A stretch of DNA of 43,960 nucleotides, from the NCBI GenBank assembly GCA_031372565.1, contig JANMLN010000021.1, positions 1 through 43,960 on the forward strand, written 5' to 3'. Both the position numbers and the translations under genes were made by a program. This stretch comes from Gemmatimonadota bacterium. GTDB lineage: Bacteria > Gemmatimonadota > Gemmatimonadetes > Gemmatimonadales > Gemmatimonadaceae. The notes under the pieces are model-generated. The model had not been told where the DNA came from, did no database searches, and worked only from the letters and a program-made list of their open reading frames with translations. Shown here piece by piece: positions 40,354 through 43,960 of the stretch. How positions within the stretch are numbered: the stretch's first letter is position 1; each line of letters opens with the position of its first letter.

Positions 40354-40899
40354 CTATGCCGCCTGCTCGAGGGCCACGAGGGGGAAGTCCACCGCGGTGC
40401 CGGCGAGGTTGTTGAGGTAGTTGGTGAAGATGTTGAGCGCGACGTGGGCCGTCACCTCGACGATCTCGGAGTCCGACAGCCCCGCGAGCCGAGCCGTCGC
40501 GAGATCGGCGTCGGCGACACGCCCCTTGGTGCGCACGATGGCGAGCGCGAGCGTGATGGCGGCCTGCGCCTTGGGGTCGTTCGACGCCCCGCGCCGAGCG
40601 GCCGCGAGCTCGTCGGCGCTGACCTTGTGCAGGCCGCCGATGTACGTGTGCGCCGAGAGGCAGTACTCGCAGCCGTTGGCCTGCGCGACGGCAATGGCGA
40701 CGCGCTCGCCGATCGCGGCGCCCAGCGTGCCCGTGCCAAGGGCACCGAAGAAGCCGTTCATGGCCGCGAGGGCCGCCGGCGCCTGTCCCGCGGTCGCGAA
40801 CATGTTGGGGGTCGAGCCGAACATCTTCCGGGTGACGGCGAGCTGCTCGGCGGCGGGGCCGGCGGCGGTGGCCGGGTCGATCGGGGCAATGCGGGTCAT
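40354..40899 (-). CDS. AhpD/carboxymuconolactone decarboxylase-family peroxidase-related protein
   Basis: ERVAIAVAQANGCEYCLSAH motif and NIFTNYLN...VDFP. Confidence 0.92.
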   Translation of the reverse strand: MTRIAPIDPATAAGPAAEQLAVTRKMFGSTPNMFATAGQAPAALAAMNGFFGALGTGTLGAAIGERVAIAVAQANGCEYCLSAHTYIGGLHKVSADELAAARRGASNDPKAQAAITLALAIVRTKGRVADADLATARLAGLSDSEIVEVTAHVALNIFTNYLNNLAGTAVDFPLVALEQAA

Positions 40900-40936
40900 G
40901 GCAGGGGTCCGGGTTGAACGGTGAAGGCGCTCGGTA

Positions 40937-40958
40937 TTGTACCGAACGTTCGGTACAA
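40937..40958. promoter_or_regulatory. Perfect 22-bp palindromic operator, probably bound by the adjacent TetR
   Basis: TTGTACCGAACGTTCGGTACAA overlaps a minus-strand TACAAT -10 (40941-40936) upstream of the AhpD-like gene. Confidence 0.8.
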
Positions 40959-41022
40959 GATTGAACCTGCTGCACGGGCGCAAGCCCCGGTGCAGGCCAG
41001 GCCGGGACCAATCGTTCGAACG

Positions 41023-41586
41023 CTAGCGGATGGCCAGGAGCTGCTGCGGCAGCGCCTTGAGGGTGCGGACGAAGATGGCCGGCTCGTCCAGCGAGCGCGC
41101 CATCACCAGCGCGCCCTCGATGCGGACCAGTGCCTCCTCGGCACGCGCCGCGGCCACCGCGCGCGAGAGGCCGCCGTCCCGGAGCGCCCGCTCGATCGCG
41201 TCCATCCACAGGCGGAAGATCTGCTTGACGCGCGGATGGAAGCGGTGCGAGGAGTCGCCGATGCCGAGGCTCGCCAACAGACATGCCTCGCGTCCCTCGC
41301 GGTAGAACGACATGAGCGCCGCGTTCATCCGCTTGAGCCGGGCCGGCGCGGGGCCGGGCGCGCGGAGCGGCGCCAGCACGGTCGCATCAAACGCCGTCTC
41401 GAGATGATCGAGCACCGCGCCCACCATGTCGTCCTTCCCGTCGGGGAAGTGATGATACAGGCTCGACTTGCCGAGTCCCGTGGCCTTGGACAGCTCGGCC
41501 AGCGACGCACCGTCGTAGCCTTGGCTGCGGACCACGGCCATGACGCGGGCGACGACTTCGTTGCGCGTGAGGAGGGCGGGAGGCAT
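41023..41586 (-). CDS. TetR/AcrR-family transcriptional regulator
   Basis: GYDGASLAELSKATGLGKSSLYHHFPDGK helix-turn-helix and C-terminal CLL...IEGALVMAR. Confidence 0.94.
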   Translation of the reverse strand: MPPALLTRNEVVARVMAVVRSQGYDGASLAELSKATGLGKSSLYHHFPDGKDDMVGAVLDHLETAFDATVLAPLRAPGPAPARLKRMNAALMSFYREGREACLLASLGIGDSSHRFHPRVKQIFRLWMDAIERALRDGGLSRAVAAARAEEALVRIEGALVMARSLDEPAIFVRTLKALPQQLLAIR

Positions 41587-41603
41587 CAGAAGGGGGTGCG
41601 GTG

Positions 41604-41618
41604 GAACGATCGGTACAA
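41604..41618. promoter_or_regulatory. Second, partial copy of the operator upstream of tetR (autoregulation)
   Basis: GAACGATCGGTACAA is a 14/15 match to the palindrome's right part GAACGTTCGGTACAA and overlaps a minus-strand TACATT. Confidence 0.65.
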
Positions 41619-41689
41619 TGTACCCCCGCCGCCGCCGCAGACAAGACGATCTCGGCGCCCGGCGCCCCGAGCGCGGGACCGCAGCGCCG

Positions 41690-42985
41690 CTACGCCGCGC
41701 GCGTCCTCGGCGCCTCGGCGTCCCCGGTCTTCCACCCCGCCCCGAGCCGCTGCAGCCGATCAGCGGCCTGCGACAGCTGTCCCGCCGCTGCCGCAATCTC
41801 CTCCGTCGACGCGCTCTGCTGCTCGCTCGCGGCTGCCACCCCTTCCATCGCCGCCGCGAACGCATCCGTGCCCTGCGCCAGCGCGGTGAGCTGCCGCTTC
41901 ACGTCGTTCACCAGCGCATCGGCCGCGCTGGCCGCGCCCTGGATGGCGCTCACCCACTCCTCCGCCTCCTGCACCTTGGTCTCGACTTCGGCAAAGCTGC
42001 TCTCGCCCGCGCGCGTCGCGGCCAGGACCTCGCGGACCGTGTCCACCGTGCGAGCGCCGGTGGCACGAGCGGCTTCCATCTTCACCAGAATCCCCTTCAC
42101 GAGCTTCTCCGTGCGCTCCGCCGCCTGCTCCGAGTTGGCGGCCAACCGGCGCACTTCAGCCGCGACGACCGCAAACCCCTCGCCCTCGGCTCCCGCCCGG
42201 GCAGCCTCCATCGACGCGTTGAGGGCGAGCAGCTTGGACTGGCGCGCCATCTTCTGCACCAGCGCCACGAAGTCGCGCACCGCCAGGGTGGCCTCGGCCA
42301 GCGCCTCGATCGCGGCGGCGTTGGCGCCCGCGTCGGCGTCGAGCTGCGAGAGCGCGGCCGCGCTGACATCAAACCGGGCGCGGTTGGCGCGGGCCAGCGC
42401 GGTCAGCTCAGCGTTGCGTGACACGCCAGCCTTCGCGCCGGCATTGACGTCCGTCGCGGCGTGCGACAGCCGCTCTGCGTCCTGCGCGAGCCCCTGGACC
42501 GCCTTGGCCATGGAGGTGGCACGCACGGTCAGGTCGCCCGACGTGGTCGCCACGACCGAGGCCGAATGGGCGAGCTGCTCGGCCCCTGCGGAAATCTCCG
42601 CCGCCAGGGTGCGCGACTCGGTCGAGGTCCCGCGCAGCGTGCGGACCAGGCTGCGGAGTTCGTCGACCATCCGGCCGAACACGGGGGTCTGGCGCGCCCA
42701 TCCCAGCGTGGCGAGTTCGGCGCCGAGGTTCACGGTGAGATCGCCGTTCACCACCGACTCGGCGAGGCCCGTGAGGGCGTTGGCGCCGCGCTGCATGTTC
42801 GGAAAGACGATGAAGAGAAACGACGTCGTCGTGATCAGCCCGGCGAGGCTCAGGGTGAACCCCACAATGACGCCCGCCGTGCTCCAATCCGCGAGGAGCG
42901 GTGCGAGGGTCGACCATCCCGTGACGAGGGAGGCCACGAGTATGAAGACCGACAGGCCGAGCAGGGCGCGAACGAGGCGACGCAT
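41690..42985 (-). CDS. Methyl-accepting chemotaxis protein
   Basis: Two N-terminal TM helices, HAMP-like GDLT segment and signalling tip QSKLLALNASMEAARAGAEGEGFAVVAAEVRRLA. Confidence 0.93.
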   Translation of the reverse strand: MRRLVRALLGLSVFILVASLVTGWSTLAPLLADWSTAGVIVGFTLSLAGLITTTSFLFIVFPNMQRGANALTGLAESVVNGDLTVNLGAELATLGWARQTPVFGRMVDELRSLVRTLRGTSTESRTLAAEISAGAEQLAHSASVVATTSGDLTVRATSMAKAVQGLAQDAERLSHAATDVNAGAKAGVSRNAELTALARANRARFDVSAAALSQLDADAGANAAAIEALAEATLAVRDFVALVQKMARQSKLLALNASMEAARAGAEGEGFAVVAAEVRRLAANSEQAAERTEKLVKGILVKMEAARATGARTVDTVREVLAATRAGESSFAEVETKVQEAEEWVSAIQGAASAADALVNDVKRQLTALAQGTDAFAAAMEGVAAASEQQSASTEEIAAAAGQLSQAADRLQRLGAGWKTGDAEAPRTRAA

Positions 42986-43004
42986 GGGTGTTCCTGGAAG
43001 AAAG

Positions 43005-43033
43005 AGCAGGTCCTTCGCTGCGCGCAGGACGAC
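43005..43033 (+). repeat. REP-like element copy
   Basis: agcaggtccttcgctgcgcgcaggacgac, one mismatch to consensus. Confidence 0.85.
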
Positions 43034-43138
43034 GGGGCGGGCTGCGCGTGGCGGCGGGCTGTCCCGGACGGCTAGTTTAGATCGGTCGCCCTTGCGTGCA
43101 CGACCGTGCGCGCGAGGGCCTTTTCAGCATATCGGAAC

Positions 43139-43960
43139 ATGACAGGCACTCCATCAACCCCGCCGGCGGAAGACTACCCGCCGTACGACCCCACGACCGT
43201 CGAACGCACCTGGGCGGCGCGCTGGGCGGCGCGCGGGACGCACCGGATCGACATCGCGAACGCGAAGAACCCGTTCTACGCGCTGATGATGTTCCCGTAC
43301 CCGTCGGCTGAAGGGTTGCACATTGGCAACCTGTTCGCGTTCACGGGGAACGACATCCATGGACGATTCCACCGCCTTCAGGGACACGACGTCTTCGAGC
43401 CGCTGGGCTATGACGCCTTCGGCATCCATTCGGAGAACTTCGCGATCAAGAAGGGGGTGCACCCCAGCGAGCTGATCCCGAGCAACATCCGCAACTTCCG
43501 GCGGCAGCTCGACCGGGCGGGGTTGATGGTCGACTGGTCCAAGTCGGTCGATACCACCGACCCGGCCTACTACAAGTGGACGCAGTGGGTCTTCCTGCAG
43601 CTGTTCAAGCGCGGGCTGGCCTACCGGAAGGAGGCGGCGGTCAACTGGTGCCCGTCGTGCAAGACCGTGCTCGCCAACGAGCAGGTCGAGCACGGGCACT
43701 GCGAACGGTGCGGCACCCTGGTCGAGCTGCGCGACCTGACCCAGTGGTTCTTCCGGATCAGCGACTACGCGCCTCGGCTCCTGTCCAACCTCGATTCCAT
43801 GGACTGGTCGGAGTCCACGAAGAGCGCGCAGCGGAACTGGATCGGCAAGTCGGAAGGCGCCGAGTTGGTGTTCTCGGTGAGCGATCCGGCGGCCGATGCG
43901 GGAAGCGCGATGGTGAGCGTGACGGAGGAGCTGGCGATCGCGGAGGACCGGATCCGCGTG
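43139..43960 (+). CDS. leuS: Leucine--tRNA ligase, 5' part (runs off window; absent from the ORF track)
   Basis: Manual translation from ATG 43139 gives MMFPYPSAEGLHIGN, GYDAFG, YYKWTQW, NWCPSCKTVLANEQV, CERCG, QWFFRISDY and QRNWIGKSEG. Confidence 0.97.
   Translation, partial: MTGTPSTPPAEDYPPYDPTTVERTWAARWAARGTHRIDIANAKNPFYALMMFPYPSAEGLHIGNLFAFTGNDIHGRFHRLQGHDVFEPLGYDAFGIHSENFAIKKGVHPSELIPSNIRNFRRQLDRAGLMVDWSKSVDTTDPAYYKWTQWVFLQLFKRGLAYRKEAAVNWCPSCKTVLANEQVEHGHCERCGTLVELRDLTQWFFRISDYAPRLLSNLDSMDWSESTKSAQRNWIGKSEGAELVFSVSDPAADAGSAMVSVTEELAIAEDRIRV

Overview
High-GC bacterial chromosomal segment. Gene style and content suggest Gemmatimonadota, but this is an inference. The first ~2.2 kb is accessory: the 3' end of an Rhs gene with an unassigned C-terminal toxin domain, a putative immunity gene, and two apparently decaying toxin-antitoxin modules (a DUF4160-like remnant with DUF2442, and hicB-like with a hicA broken by a nonsense codon). 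The rest is mostly core or metabolic: DsbD-like/TlpA, a TM-helix protein, gyrA, a REC-GAF-GGDEF cyclase plus Ser/Thr kinase, exported hydrolases (sugar dehydrogenase, M1, two S9 peptidases, GH1), a saccharopine-dehydrogenase-family enzyme, an outer-membrane barrel with a secreted partner, dacB, an HGSNAT-like protein and a deoxyhypusine-synthase-like enzyme. These are followed by a caa3-type oxidase operon, an aspartase fused to a cyclic-nucleotide-binding domain that lies divergent from a Tat-exported glycosylasparaginase, an RCK channel, a TetR/AhpD/MOSC module with a perfect 22-bp operator, an MCP and the 5' part of leuS. A ~29-bp REP-like repeat occurs seven times at five intergenic loci. 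I found no rRNA, tRNA, CRISPR array or transposase. The best novelty candidates are the Rhs toxin/immunity pair and the CNB-aspartase/asparaginase module. All family calls come from motif recognition; no database searches were run.
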